From an uncultured virus (IMG/VR IMGVR_UViG_3300030419_007499) (lineage: Duplodnaviria > Heunggongvirae > Uroviricota > Caudoviricetes): DNA of 64,000 nt. Every line of letters begins with the position of its first letter. Position 1 is the first letter of the stretch. The notes beneath the pieces are model-generated. The model searched no databases. It was not told the origin of the DNA and worked only from the letters and a program-made list of their open reading frames with translations. The DNA lies in IMG/VR virus record IMGVR_UViG_3300030419_007499, positions 1-64,000 of that record. One strand, 5' to 3'. Made by a program: the position numbers and the translations under genes. This document shows positions 39,107-48,594 of the stretch, piece after piece.

Positions 39107-39961
39107 ATGAAAATTGGAATTTTTTTATCTTGTTATAATAGCGAAGACACAATTCAAGAATGTATTGACTCTATTCTTGAACAAACCTATTCAGATTTTA
39201 ATCTTTATATTTTTGATGATAACAGCAAGGACAATACTGTAGAAAAAATTAAAAAAAATCAAGACCAAAGAATTAATTTGATTTGTTCTAAAAAAAACAT
39301 GGGCACGTATGCATCTAAAAATTTCCTTTTTAAAAAGTATGGGCACCTACATAAGTATATAGCACTGCACGATTCAGATGACATCAGCATAATCAACAGG
39401 CTCGAAGAACAAATTGCTTTTTTAAAAGACAGTTGTGATAAAACTGCTTGCTGCGGAACGAATATTATAGAGTTTTGGAAAGACGATTATTTGCCCCATA
39501 CTGTTTCATCCGAAATGGTTAATAAAAAAAGCAGAAAGAACTTTTACCCAGAAGAACTCCAGAAGTCTATTTTAAAAGATGTTGTAAACTATTTAACTAA
39601 AGAAAGCTCATATCAAAATTATATGAAAACTAAGTTTTGCATGAATGGATCTCTCATGTTTAAAAGTAAGATTATAAAAGAGCTTGGCGGATGGGATGGC
39701 AAAACTCACATAGCAGCCGACACAGATATAATACTTAGAATTTTAGCTAAATATCGTATTTTTAATCTACAAAAGTTTTTATATAAGCGCAGATTCAGCA
39801 ATACATCATTAACTGGCAGCACGAAAGTAGGAGTATGCTCAGAAATCAGAAAACAATACAATTTAAAACGAGTAGACATTGCTCAGTCAGCTCTTGACGG
39901 AAAAGTGTCAAAACAAAATTTTTATTTTCCAGAATTTAATTACGAATGTGTGCAATTATAG
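39107..39961 (+). CDS. GT2 glycosyltransferase
   Basis: YNSE, SILEQT, DDNSKD, HDSDD, RLEEQ motifs; ATG at 39107. Confidence 0.85.
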   Translation: MKIGIFLSCYNSEDTIQECIDSILEQTYSDFNLYIFDDNSKDNTVEKIKKNQDQRINLICSKKNMGTYASKNFLFKKYGHLHKYIALHDSDDISIINRLEEQIAFLKDSCDKTACCGTNIIEFWKDDYLPHTVSSEMVNKKSRKNFYPEELQKSILKDVVNYLTKESSYQNYMKTKFCMNGSLMFKSKIIKELGGWDGKTHIAADTDIILRILAKYRIFNLQKFLYKRRFSNTSLTGSTKVGVCSEIRKQYNLKRVDIAQSALDGKVSKQNFYFPEFNYECVQL

Positions 39962-41550
39962 GTACAGTAAATCATGAGTTAAACAGACTTTGCTTATCAA
40001 AGTTATATTCGAGAGGTCCCGATTATAATAGTTTATATAAAAATAAAAACGTAAGTTTTGCTCATGCAAGGCTCTCAGTCATTGATGCAGAAGGAGGAAA
40101 CCAGCCTATGCATTCAATGTCTGGCAATTCAACCATTATCTTTAACGGGGAAATTTATAATGCCAGAGAGTTAGATGCTAGCCATAAGTCAGACACAAGA
40201 GTTCTTTTAGAGTATTATGAGAAACACGGAATTGAGAAGACTTTACAAGATATCAACGGTATGTTTTCTTTTGCAATTCTCGATAAAGAACAAAACAAAA
40301 TTTTTATAGCAAGAGACAGGCTAGGCGTTAAGCCTTTATTTTATTACAATAAAAATAATAAGTTAATTTTTTGCTCTGAAATTAATCCAATCAAAGATGA
40401 AGTAGGAATAAGCAACCTCTCAATTAATAGCACGGCACTTGGAGTTTATTTTAGACTATTTTTCATTCCATCCCCTATTACAATATGGAACGAAATCCAA
40501 AGTCTCAAACAGGGTAGCTATTTGACATACGACTTAAAGTCTAATCAGTTGCAACAAAAAACATATTGGAAGCTTTCTCAACCCGAGAGGTCTGAAACAA
40601 ATATAAATAGACTAGAAGAGTTAATTGAGAATGCGTCAACAATACGAACGAGAAGCGATGTGCCATATAGCGTTTTTCTTTCTGGAGGGATAGATTCAAC
40701 ATTAATTACGAAATATCTATCGACATTTAATCAAAATCTACAAACTTACACTGTTGAGGTACAAGACCCCAACTTAAATGAGGCTGAGTATTCAAGCATA
40801 GTTGCTACAAAATTCAAAACAAAACACTCTTCAATTAAATTAAAATATAAAAATATATTAATTAATCACCTCAGAGAAATGACTACTCATTTTGGCCAGC
40901 CATTTGCAGATTTATCTATAATACCATACGACTTAATTTCAAAACAGATAGGCTCACGTTCAATTGTTGCGCTGGGAGGAGACGGAGCAGACGAATCCTT
41001 TTGTGGCTACGATAGATACAATAACCCCACAGGAACTGTTGAAGATTTGTATAGAAACAAGCAATTTAATCTCATTCCCTCTGAAGATCCAAGAGACTTT
41101 ATGTTAAATAACTTGCCTTATATCCCAACAGATAAAAGCGAATTATTAAGGATTTTGGACATAAGCTATTTTTTAGAGGGCGATATTCTACAAAAAGTTG
41201 ATAGATTAAGCATGAGGCATTCATTAGAAGTGAGGTCGCCACTTTTAGATTATAGAATTGTTGAATTTTCCAATACTTTAGATTATAATCTGATGTTCAA
41301 GATGAGAAAAAAAGAGGCATTAAGGAGACTTTTAGAAAAAGACTTTTCGAAAGATTTTATTGATAGAAAAAAAATAGGCCTCACGCTTACGCCTGAAAAT
41401 CTTAAAGCGACCGTGGACAGCTATCTTGATCAATACAGCTTTAGTCATTCATTAGTTTGTCCAAATTGGCTTAAAAAAGTTGCCTCAAATTATTATTTAA
41501 AATTTGCAATGTTAATGTTTGTTTTATGGCACGAGGAAAACTATGTCTAA
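39946..41550 (+). CDS. Glutamine-hydrolysing asparagine synthase-like amidotransferase (likely sugar amidation)
   Basis: N-terminal Cys nucleophile (MCAI), RGPD, FNGEIYN, RDRLGVKPL, LSGGIDS, GDGADE, KVDRLSM, EVRSP. Confidence 0.9.
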   Translation: MCAIIGTVNHELNRLCLSKLYSRGPDYNSLYKNKNVSFAHARLSVIDAEGGNQPMHSMSGNSTIIFNGEIYNARELDASHKSDTRVLLEYYEKHGIEKTLQDINGMFSFAILDKEQNKIFIARDRLGVKPLFYYNKNNKLIFCSEINPIKDEVGISNLSINSTALGVYFRLFFIPSPITIWNEIQSLKQGSYLTYDLKSNQLQQKTYWKLSQPERSETNINRLEELIENASTIRTRSDVPYSVFLSGGIDSTLITKYLSTFNQNLQTYTVEVQDPNLNEAEYSSIVATKFKTKHSSIKLKYKNILINHLREMTTHFGQPFADLSIIPYDLISKQIGSRSIVALGGDGADESFCGYDRYNNPTGTVEDLYRNKQFNLIPSEDPRDFMLNNLPYIPTDKSELLRILDISYFLEGDILQKVDRLSMRHSLEVRSPLLDYRIVEFSNTLDYNLMFKMRKKEALRRLLEKDFSKDFIDRKKIGLTLTPENLKATVDSYLDQYSFSHSLVCPNWLKKVASNYYLKFAMLMFVLWHEENYV

Positions 41551-42172
41551 CCCAATAGTCTCAATTATAGTTACTAATTACAATTATGGAAAGTTTTTGC
41601 ATCGTTGCCTAAGAAGCTGTTTCTCGCAAAAATTTTTAAACTATGAGGTTTTAGTTGTTGACGACTGCAGTACGGATAATTCAATTGAAATACTTCAGCC
41701 CTTTTTACAATCAAACAACAATTTAAAGCTCATTAATAATCAAGAAAATCTTGGAGTCGCAGAATCCGCAAACCTTGCAATCAACGCCAGTAGAGGCCAA
41801 TTTTTTATCAGAGTTGACTCTGATGATTTTGTAGTATCAGATATGTCTTATATTATGTACAAGTTCCTCGAGGCAAATCATTATAGCTTTGGAGTTTCCT
41901 GTGACTATTATTTAGTCGATAACTATGAAGATAAAATAGAAAGAAAATCTGCCGAGGAATTTCCTATATCTTGCGGAATTATGTACAGAAGAGACCTGTT
42001 TTTAGAATTAGGAGGATATAATCCCAAAATGAGACATAGGGAAGAAGAGGAGTTGAGAAAAAGGCTTGGAGAAAAATATAGAGTAGACTATTTAAAAATG
42101 CCTTTTTACAGATACAGGATGCATGACTGCAATAAAACAAAAACAAAAGAATATTTAGAAACAAAAGTATGA
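41543..42172 (+). CDS. GT2 glycosyltransferase
   Basis: VSIIVTNYNY, VDDCSTD, RVDSDD motifs; ATG at 41543. Confidence 0.9.
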   Translation: MSNPIVSIIVTNYNYGKFLHRCLRSCFSQKFLNYEVLVVDDCSTDNSIEILQPFLQSNNNLKLINNQENLGVAESANLAINASRGQFFIRVDSDDFVVSDMSYIMYKFLEANHYSFGVSCDYYLVDNYEDKIERKSAEEFPISCGIMYRRDLFLELGGYNPKMRHREEEELRKRLGEKYRVDYLKMPFYRYRMHDCNKTKTKEYLETKV

Positions 42173-43008
42173 ATGTAGGAATTATAGGAAGAGGATTCGT
42201 TGGCAACGCCATATTTCAAGGATTAAACCATTATTATGATATTAAAGTTTATGATGTCGACCCCAAAAAGTCAACGCATAATTTCGACGAGGTAATTAAT
42301 TCTGATGTGGTTTTCTTATCCGTGCCAACCCCCATGCACAAAGACACTGGCGAATGCGACTTGTCTTATATAGAATCCGTCTTTGACAAAGTCAAAGAAA
42401 CAAACGGAAGAAATGAATCTTGCACTTTTGTCATCAAGTCTACCGTGCCAGTTGGAACTACCGAACAGCTAAATGAAAAGTATGATCAAAAGATTAAAAT
42501 TATACACTCTCCAGAGTTTTTAACCGCAAGAACCGCAATAACAGATTTCATATGTCCGTCTCGACATATTATTGGCGGACACCCCGCAAGAGGCACAGAG
42601 AAGTTGAAAGAAATTTATGAGTCGAGATTTCCAGGAGTGCCCTGCTACGTAATGACAAGTAAAGAGTCTGAATTTGTAAAATATTTTGCAAATTGTTTTT
42701 TTGCTACAAAAGTTTCATATTTTAATGAAATGGCTATTTTTGCGAAAGCTCATGGCCTAAATTGGGAAAATGTCATTGAAGGAGTTATGTCTGATGGAAG
42801 AATTGGAATTAGCCATTATCAAGTTCCTGGCCACGACGGAAATCCTGGATTTGGTGGAACCTGTTTCCCCAAAGATATCAATGCTCTAATTAAAAGCTTT
42901 GAAAATGTGGGAACTGAGCCATTACTGTTAAAAGCGGCATGGGAAAGAAATCTTTTAGTAAGAAATGAGAAGGACTGGGAAAGTTCAAAGTCGGCAGTCA
43001 GCGAATAA
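42169..43008 (+). CDS. ugd: UDP-glucose/GDP-mannose 6-dehydrogenase family (short form, no C-terminal domain)
   Basis: [30 protein letters not shown] motifs. Confidence 0.85.
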   Translation: MNVGIIGRGFVGNAIFQGLNHYYDIKVYDVDPKKSTHNFDEVINSDVVFLSVPTPMHKDTGECDLSYIESVFDKVKETNGRNESCTFVIKSTVPVGTTEQLNEKYDQKIKIIHSPEFLTARTAITDFICPSRHIIGGHPARGTEKLKEIYESRFPGVPCYVMTSKESEFVKYFANCFFATKVSYFNEMAIFAKAHGLNWENVIEGVMSDGRIGISHYQVPGHDGNPGFGGTCFPKDINALIKSFENVGTEPLLLKAAWERNLLVRNEKDWESSKSAVSE

Positions 43009-43018
43009 AAAAATAATC

Positions 43019-43885
43019 ATGAAACATTTAGTAACAGGCGGAGCAGGATTCATAGGTAGTCATTTAGTGGATAAGTTAATATCCGAAGGTCACGAAGTCA
43101 CGATTGTCGATGNNNNNNNNNNTGAATTATGCCAAGCAATGGATGAAGTAGATACTGTTTTTCATTGTGCCGCGCTAGCTCGAGTTCAACCATCTATTGA
43201 GAATCCACAAAAATATCACAAAGCAAATGTAGATGGAACATTTAACGTTCTTTTGTCCGCAAGAGATAGCAGAGTTCGCAGAGTTGTGTATAGTGCCTCT
43301 TCGTCAGCGTATGGAGATCAATCCCAAAGTCCACAGGTAGAGACTATGCCTACTGCCCCAATAAGCCCATATGGATTACAAAAACTCATAGGAGAACAAT
43401 ACTGTTTTGTTTTTTCAAAATGTTATGGATTAGAAACTGTAAGTTTAAGATATTTTAATGTGTACGGAGAGAGACAAGTTGTTGGTGGAGCCTATTCTAC
43501 AGTTGTTGGTATATTTTTAAAACAAAAAGAAGATGGCCAAAAATTAACCATTACGAACGATGGAGAACAAAGAAGAGACTTTACTTATGTCGGAGACGTC
43601 GTAGAAGCTAATTTTTTAGCCTCTCAAAGCGATAAAGTTGGACAGGGAGAAGTAATTAATATAGGAAAAGGGAGCAACTATTCAGTTAATGAAATCGCAG
43701 AAATTATCGGAGGAGAAACAGAAAATATAGGCGAAAGATTTGAGCCCAGGCAAACACTAGCAGATAATTCTCGCGCAAAAGAGCTTTTAGGATGGACGCC
43801 CAAAACCGATATTAAAGATTGGATAAATTCGGCTTTTTTCGTGCCTTTCGAATCTGAAGATTCCATCCTTCCAATTGGGCAATAA
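43019..43885 (+). CDS. NAD-dependent epimerase/dehydratase (spans assembly gap)
   Basis: [31 protein letters not shown] motifs; N run at 43113-43122. Confidence 0.85.
   Translation: MKHLVTGGAGFIGSHLVDKLISEGHEVTIVDXXXXELCQAMDEVDTVFHCAALARVQPSIENPQKYHKANVDGTFNVLLSARDSRVRRVVYSASSSAYGDQSQSPQVETMPTAPISPYGLQKLIGEQYCFVFSKCYGLETVSLRYFNVYGERQVVGGAYSTVVGIFLKQKEDGQKLTITNDGEQRRDFTYVGDVVEANFLASQSDKVGQGEVINIGKGSNYSVNEIAEIIGGETENIGERFEPRQTLADNSRAKELLGWTPKTDIKDWINSAFFVPFESEDSILPIGQ
43113..43122. other. Scaffold gap (10 N)
   Basis: Literal N run. Confidence 1.
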
Positions 43886-43890
43886 ATGTG

Positions 43891-43919
43891 TTGACTTTGT
43901 CTTAGATTTGATATATCAT
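43891..43919 (+). promoter_or_regulatory. sigma70 promoter upstream of nrdA
   Basis: TTGACT-17-TATCAT; a GTGTAA box follows at 43948-43953. Confidence 0.65.
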
Positions 43920-43965
43920 TTCTATCTTCAGTTAGCTTAAACTGCAAGTGTAAATACTTGAGCAT

Positions 43966-46407
43966 ATGAATATCAACGTAAAAAAACGCAACAATAGACT
44001 AGTCCCCTTCGAAGTAGAAAAAATTAACAGATCAGCAGAGAGAGCCTGCGAAAATTTAGAAAACGTTTCAGCCAGTGAAATCGTCTTAGACGCAAAAATA
44101 AAGCTTTACGACAAGGTAAAGACGTCAGAAATTGACAAATCTTTGATTTCTTCAGCTAGTTCAAAGATAGAAAAAGAGCCAAATTATAATTACGTAGCCG
44201 CAAGACTACTTCTTAATACAATTTACAAAGAAGTTTTTGGAGAGGGTGTAGATAGTCAAGCGTTTGAACTACAATATCATAAGTCTTTTATTACAAATCT
44301 CAAAAAGCTTATAAAAGAAGGAATTGTTGATCCAAAGTTAGCCGAGTTTGATCTTAAGAAAATTTCGGAGTCAATAGACACACAAAGAGATTTAAGTTGG
44401 AAATATTTAGGCATCCAAACTATTTATGATAGATATTTACTTCACATAGATGGACGCAGAATGGAAAGTCCTCAAGGCTTTTTTATGAGAGTCGCTATGG
44501 GATTAGCGTTAGCTGAAAAAGAAAATAGAGAAGATTGGGCAATTAAGTTTTACAATACCCTTTCTTCTTTTGACTTAATGTCTAGCACTCCAACTTTATT
44601 CAATAGCGGTACAGTGCATCCGCAACTTTCTTCATGCTACCTAAATACATTTGAAGATTCTATTGATGGAATTTTTGATGGTCTCTGGCAAGAAGCTCGT
44701 AAAAGCAAGTTTGCTGGCGGCTTAGGCATGGATGTCACCCCATACAGGGCAAGAGGATCTTATATTAAGGGCACAAACGGCGAAAATCAAGGTCCAGTAT
44801 ATTTTTGGAAACTCTATGGAGATATGCTTGTTGCAGTCAACCAAGGGGGTAAAAGAAAAGGTGCGGGATGCGCATATTTAGAAACTTGGCATGCAGACAT
44901 AGAAGACTTCCTAGAGCTTCGCAAAAATGTGGGCGACGAAAGGATGAGATCTCACGATATGAATACTGCTAATTGGATTCCTGATCTTTTTCTTAAGCAA
45001 GTCGAACAAGATAAAGATTGGTATTTGTTTAGCCCAAATGAAACTCCAGAACTTCATGAAATCTATGGAGAAGATTTTGAATCTAAATATTGGGAATATG
45101 TCGAAAAAGGCAAAAACGGAGAGCTTAGAGTTTTTAAAGAAGTACGAGCAAAAGAGCTTTGGAAAAAAATGCTAAAAGCTTTATTTGAAACTGGCCATCC
45201 ATGGATGACATTTAAAGATCCATCAAATATTAGATACTCAAACCAACACGTGGGCACTGTCCACTCGAGTAATTTGTGCACCGAAATACTTTTACATACA
45301 AAACCCACAAAATACAGCGATGGCAATTTACGAGGAGTTGAAGAACACGGAGAAACTGCGGTTTGCAATCTTGCGTCGATTAATTTAAAAAATCATCTCA
45401 AAAAAAGAACTCTAGATTTCGACAAAATACAAAAAACAGCGGAAATAGGAATGAGAATGTTGGACAATGTTGTAGACATTAATTTTTATCCAACAAAAGA
45501 ATCGGAAAACGCGAACGTACGCCATCGTCCAGTTGGATTAGGCAGTATGGGTTGGCATGACGTATTTTATGCTCTTGATGTAGACTACTCAAGCAATGAA
45601 GCTGTTGAATGGTCAGATAAAATTTATGAGCACATAAGCTATTCAGCTATTTTAGCCTCTAGCAAATTAGCAAAGGAAAGAGGTAAATACTCCACGTATC
45701 AAGGTTCTTTGTGGGACCAAGGAGTGTTACCTATTGATACATATAAAAATTTATTTAAAACAAGAGGCCAAAGACCTAGAACCACAACAAGCTTAGATTG
45801 GGATGCTGTTAGAAAGCATATCTCAGAGCACGGCATGAGGAATAGCAACACAATGGCCATCGCGCCAACAGCAACAATTTCCTACATTTGCGGTTGTTCA
45901 CAATCTATTGAGCCTAATTTTGGAGTTATTTTTGTGTACTCTACTCTTTCTGGAGAGTTTACTCAAATTAATGAATATTTTGTAGAAGATATTAAAAAAG
46001 CTGGATTATGGAGTCAAGAATTTATAGATGCGATCAAATCAGTTGATGGGGACTTATCCAAACTAGAGAATACTATCCCAGACAAAATCAAGGAAAAGTA
46101 TAAAACCGCATTCCATCAAGATCAGTTAAAGCTAATAGATTGTGCCGCAGCAAGACAAAAATGGATTGACCAAGGGCAAAGTCTAAATTTGTATAATAAC
46201 AAAACCAGCTTAAAGTTTTTAAATGATATGTACATGCATGCATGGAAATCTGGACTTAAAACAACTTATTACTTAAGAAGCACCGCTGCAAGTGTAGTAG
46301 AGAAATCAACAGTTTCTAACCAAAAAAAAGAATACACGGAAGAGGAAGTTATGGCCTGTTCTATTGAGGCAATGAAAAATGGCGAAGAGTGCGAAGCCTG
46401 TCAGTAG
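43966..46407 (+). CDS. nrdA: Class I ribonucleotide reductase alpha subunit with N-terminal ATP-cone
   Basis: VKKRN ATP-cone, STPTLFNSG, LSSCY, SSNLCTEI, IAPTATIS, GLKTTYY, C-terminal CEACQ. Confidence 0.95.
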   Translation: MNINVKKRNNRLVPFEVEKINRSAERACENLENVSASEIVLDAKIKLYDKVKTSEIDKSLISSASSKIEKEPNYNYVAARLLLNTIYKEVFGEGVDSQAFELQYHKSFITNLKKLIKEGIVDPKLAEFDLKKISESIDTQRDLSWKYLGIQTIYDRYLLHIDGRRMESPQGFFMRVAMGLALAEKENREDWAIKFYNTLSSFDLMSSTPTLFNSGTVHPQLSSCYLNTFEDSIDGIFDGLWQEARKSKFAGGLGMDVTPYRARGSYIKGTNGENQGPVYFWKLYGDMLVAVNQGGKRKGAGCAYLETWHADIEDFLELRKNVGDERMRSHDMNTANWIPDLFLKQVEQDKDWYLFSPNETPELHEIYGEDFESKYWEYVEKGKNGELRVFKEVRAKELWKKMLKALFETGHPWMTFKDPSNIRYSNQHVGTVHSSNLCTEILLHTKPTKYSDGNLRGVEEHGETAVCNLASINLKNHLKKRTLDFDKIQKTAEIGMRMLDNVVDINFYPTKESENANVRHRPVGLGSMGWHDVFYALDVDYSSNEAVEWSDKIYEHISYSAILASSKLAKERGKYSTYQGSLWDQGVLPIDTYKNLFKTRGQRPRTTTSLDWDAVRKHISEHGMRNSNTMAIAPTATISYICGCSQSIEPNFGVIFVYSTLSGEFTQINEYFVEDIKKAGLWSQEFIDAIKSVDGDLSKLENTIPDKIKEKYKTAFHQDQLKLIDCAAARQKWIDQGQSLNLYNNKTSLKFLNDMYMHAWKSGLKTTYYLRSTAASVVEKSTVSNQKKEYTEEEVMACSIEAMKNGEECEACQ

Positions 46408-46433
46408 ATTATAGGTGTAATATTATCTTACCT

Positions 46434-46856
46434 ATGAACATAGAAATTAAAAAGCTACATGACGATGCTTATCTTCCGTCGAGAAATAGCTCTGGCGATG
46501 CTGGGTACGATTTGTACGCAATTGGCCACGATGTTGTTAGAGCTGGAGAAAGAAAACTTGTAAACACAGGGGTTAGCATTGCCATTCCCCATGGGTATTA
46601 TGGCAGAATTGCCCCTAGATCAGGTTTGGCCCTTAATCATGGGATAGATATTTTAGCTGGAGTTGTTGATTCTGGATACAGAGGGGAAATTTGCGCGCTT
46701 TTAGTCAACCTAGGGGACAAAAACTTTGCTTACAGAAAAGGAGATAGAATAGCCCAACTTATTATCGAAAAATGCCACGACGTTAGTTGGAAGCAAGTTC
46801 AAGAACTTAATGGTACGCATAGAGGCGACGATGGATTTGGAAGTTCTGGGGATTGA
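46434..46856 (+). CDS. dut: dUTPase (trimeric)
   Basis: AGYDL, PRSGLA, GVVDSGYRGE, GDRIAQL, RGDDGFGSSG motifs; ATG at 46434. Confidence 0.95.
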   Translation: MNIEIKKLHDDAYLPSRNSSGDAGYDLYAIGHDVVRAGERKLVNTGVSIAIPHGYYGRIAPRSGLALNHGIDILAGVVDSGYRGEICALLVNLGDKNFAYRKGDRIAQLIIEKCHDVSWKQVQELNGTHRGDDGFGSSGD

Positions 46857-46881
46857 CATACAAACCAATATCTGTTATAAT
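46853..46881 (+). promoter_or_regulatory. sigma70 promoter, leaderless, for nrdB
   Basis: Perfect TTGACA-17-TATAAT, 6 nt before the ATG; the -35 contains the dut stop codon. Confidence 0.85.
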
Positions 46882-46887
46882 ATTTAA

Positions 46888-47892
46888 ATGAAGAGCGGAA
46901 ATCTCCTAGAAAAAGAAACTGCAGGCGTTAACCAAATCTTGCCCCACAAACACAAATGGGCTTGGGAATTGTACGAACAGGCAATAAAAAACAATTGGGT
47001 TCCAACTGAAGTCCCAATGGCTAAAGATGTCCAAAATTGGAAAAACTCCAAATCAGATTTAAGCGAAGACGAAAGATTAGTAATCAAAAGATGTTTAGGT
47101 TTTTTTGCTGGCAGCGAATCTCTAGTCGCCAACAATTTAATGACTCTTGCCAAGTTTATTACTGATCCAGAATGCAGGCAGTATATGGCTCGACAAATGT
47201 ATGAGGAGTGTTTACATAATCATACTATTGTTTATATATGCGACAGTTTAAGTTTAGATATTAAAGAGGTTTACGAAGCTTATGCGAGCATTCCTTCCAT
47301 CAAGGAAAAAGACGAGTTTTTAATGGAGGTTACAAGCGACCTCAATAGGCAAGAATTTTCAACACAAACGCTAGAAGGCAAAAGAGAGCTTATAAAAGCT
47401 GCGTTTACCTACTGGATTGTTTGCGAAGGAACTTTCTTTTTTAGTGGTTTTGCTATGCTTTTAGCATTATCAGATAAAATCCCAGGAATTGCCGAACAAA
47501 TTCAATACACCCTCAGAGATGAAAGTTTGCACATTAAATTCGGTACAAATCTTCTCAATAAACTTAAAGAGCAATATCCATCAACTTGGACCAAATCTTT
47601 TGAAAAAGAACTAACAAAGATAGTGCAAAAAGCGGTAGAGTTAGAAATCAAATATGCCGAAGATGTTTTGCCTAGAGGGATTTTAGGCTTAAATTCTTCA
47701 ATGTTTGTTAGTTATATGCAGTTTATAGCCAACAGAAGACTTGAAGCGCTAGATATGGAGTTTAGATACGAAAGCGATTCTAACCCGTTCCCTTGGTTAA
47801 GTGAGGTGATTGATCTTAAAAAGCAAAAGAATTTCTTTGAAACTAGAGTGATCGACTACCAAGATCATTCTGCACTAGAAGATGATTTTTAA
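46888..47892 (+). CDS. nrdB: Ribonucleotide reductase beta subunit, class Ic (R2c)-type signature
   Basis: FFAGSESLV (Glu first ligand), EECLHNHTI (no radical Tyr), EGTFFFSGF, RDESLH, NFFETRVIDYQ. Confidence 0.9.
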   Translation: MKSGNLLEKETAGVNQILPHKHKWAWELYEQAIKNNWVPTEVPMAKDVQNWKNSKSDLSEDERLVIKRCLGFFAGSESLVANNLMTLAKFITDPECRQYMARQMYEECLHNHTIVYICDSLSLDIKEVYEAYASIPSIKEKDEFLMEVTSDLNRQEFSTQTLEGKRELIKAAFTYWIVCEGTFFFSGFAMLLALSDKIPGIAEQIQYTLRDESLHIKFGTNLLNKLKEQYPSTWTKSFEKELTKIVQKAVELEIKYAEDVLPRGILGLNSSMFVSYMQFIANRRLEALDMEFRYESDSNPFPWLSEVIDLKKQKNFFETRVIDYQDHSALEDDF

Positions 47893-47941
47893 TTTTTTTT
47901 AAAAAAAATAGATAAATTTAATTTTATGTGTAATATATGAT

Positions 47942-48409
47942 ATGGCATTACAAGTAACAGTTACAGGAGATAATGGGCTAGATATTAGCTATTGGAAGAT
48001 TTCAGACATATCTAATCAATTTGACGGGAATAAGATAGACCTCAGATTTAGCATGAATGGCTATAAAGACGCAGATTGGAGAGCTAAAGATGCATCAGCA
48101 AAAACTTTGACATTTCATGTTTTAAGTCAATTTGACGGAAGCCCAGCCGTTCTTTATAACGACTCAGACGAATCCAATGGCGACATTCCAGTGGGAAAAA
48201 GCGTTGGAGACGTAAAGACGGCGGCAGTTCCTGCAGGCACCAACCCTGCAGACAGGTCGGCTACAATCTTAAATAATACAAGCGGAGATCTCAGGGCACC
48301 ATTGTACGCATGGCTTAAAACGCACAACGCCACCGCAACAGACGGCCCAGCAGATGATTACGGAAACGGTTCTCAGGTCGTAAACTGGTCTTCTGCCACA
48401 GACGTTTAA
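47942..48409 (+). CDS. Hypothetical protein, possibly virion-associated
   Basis: Stand-alone ORF with upstream GTGTAA box and downstream terminator; composition resembles the structural genes. Confidence 0.5.
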   Translation: MALQVTVTGDNGLDISYWKISDISNQFDGNKIDLRFSMNGYKDADWRAKDASAKTLTFHVLSQFDGSPAVLYNDSDESNGDIPVGKSVGDVKTAAVPAGTNPADRSATILNNTSGDLRAPLYAWLKTHNATATDGPADDYGNGSQVVNWSSATDV

Positions 48410-48423
48410 TAACCCTTAAAACT

Positions 48424-48460
48424 AAATGCCCCAGTTAACTGTTGCTGGGGTATTTTTTTA
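48424..48460 (+). terminator. Intrinsic terminator
   Basis: ATGCCCCAG...CTGGGGTAT stem followed by a T run. Confidence 0.8.
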
Positions 48461-48562
48461 TCGGACTGGGCAATAATTCCCAAATTTTTTGTAAATATTT
48501 CCCATAAATATTTTTTTTAAAAAAGTTTTAATAAAAACACTAGTAAGCAGCTAAATTTCACA

Positions 48563-48579
48563 TTGGTATGGTTTTTGCT
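48563..48579 (+). promoter_or_regulatory. sigma54 (-24/-12) promoter
   Basis: TTGGTATGGTTTTTGCT: GG-N10-GC with TTGCT -12 box, 15 nt before the ATG at 48595. Confidence 0.6.
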
Positions 48580-48594
48580 GTAATATTAATTACC

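Noticed and set aside
39946..41550. Amino-acid biosynthetic asnB or lasso-peptide cyclase
   Set aside because: It is flanked by glycosyltransferases and ugd, has an intact glutaminase Cys, and no precursor peptide or B protein is present; sugar amidation is more parsimonious
43113..43122. Apparent deletion of the Rossmann segment in the epimerase
   Set aside because: It coincides with the 10-N scaffold gap, so the true length is unknown; not evidence of a pseudogene
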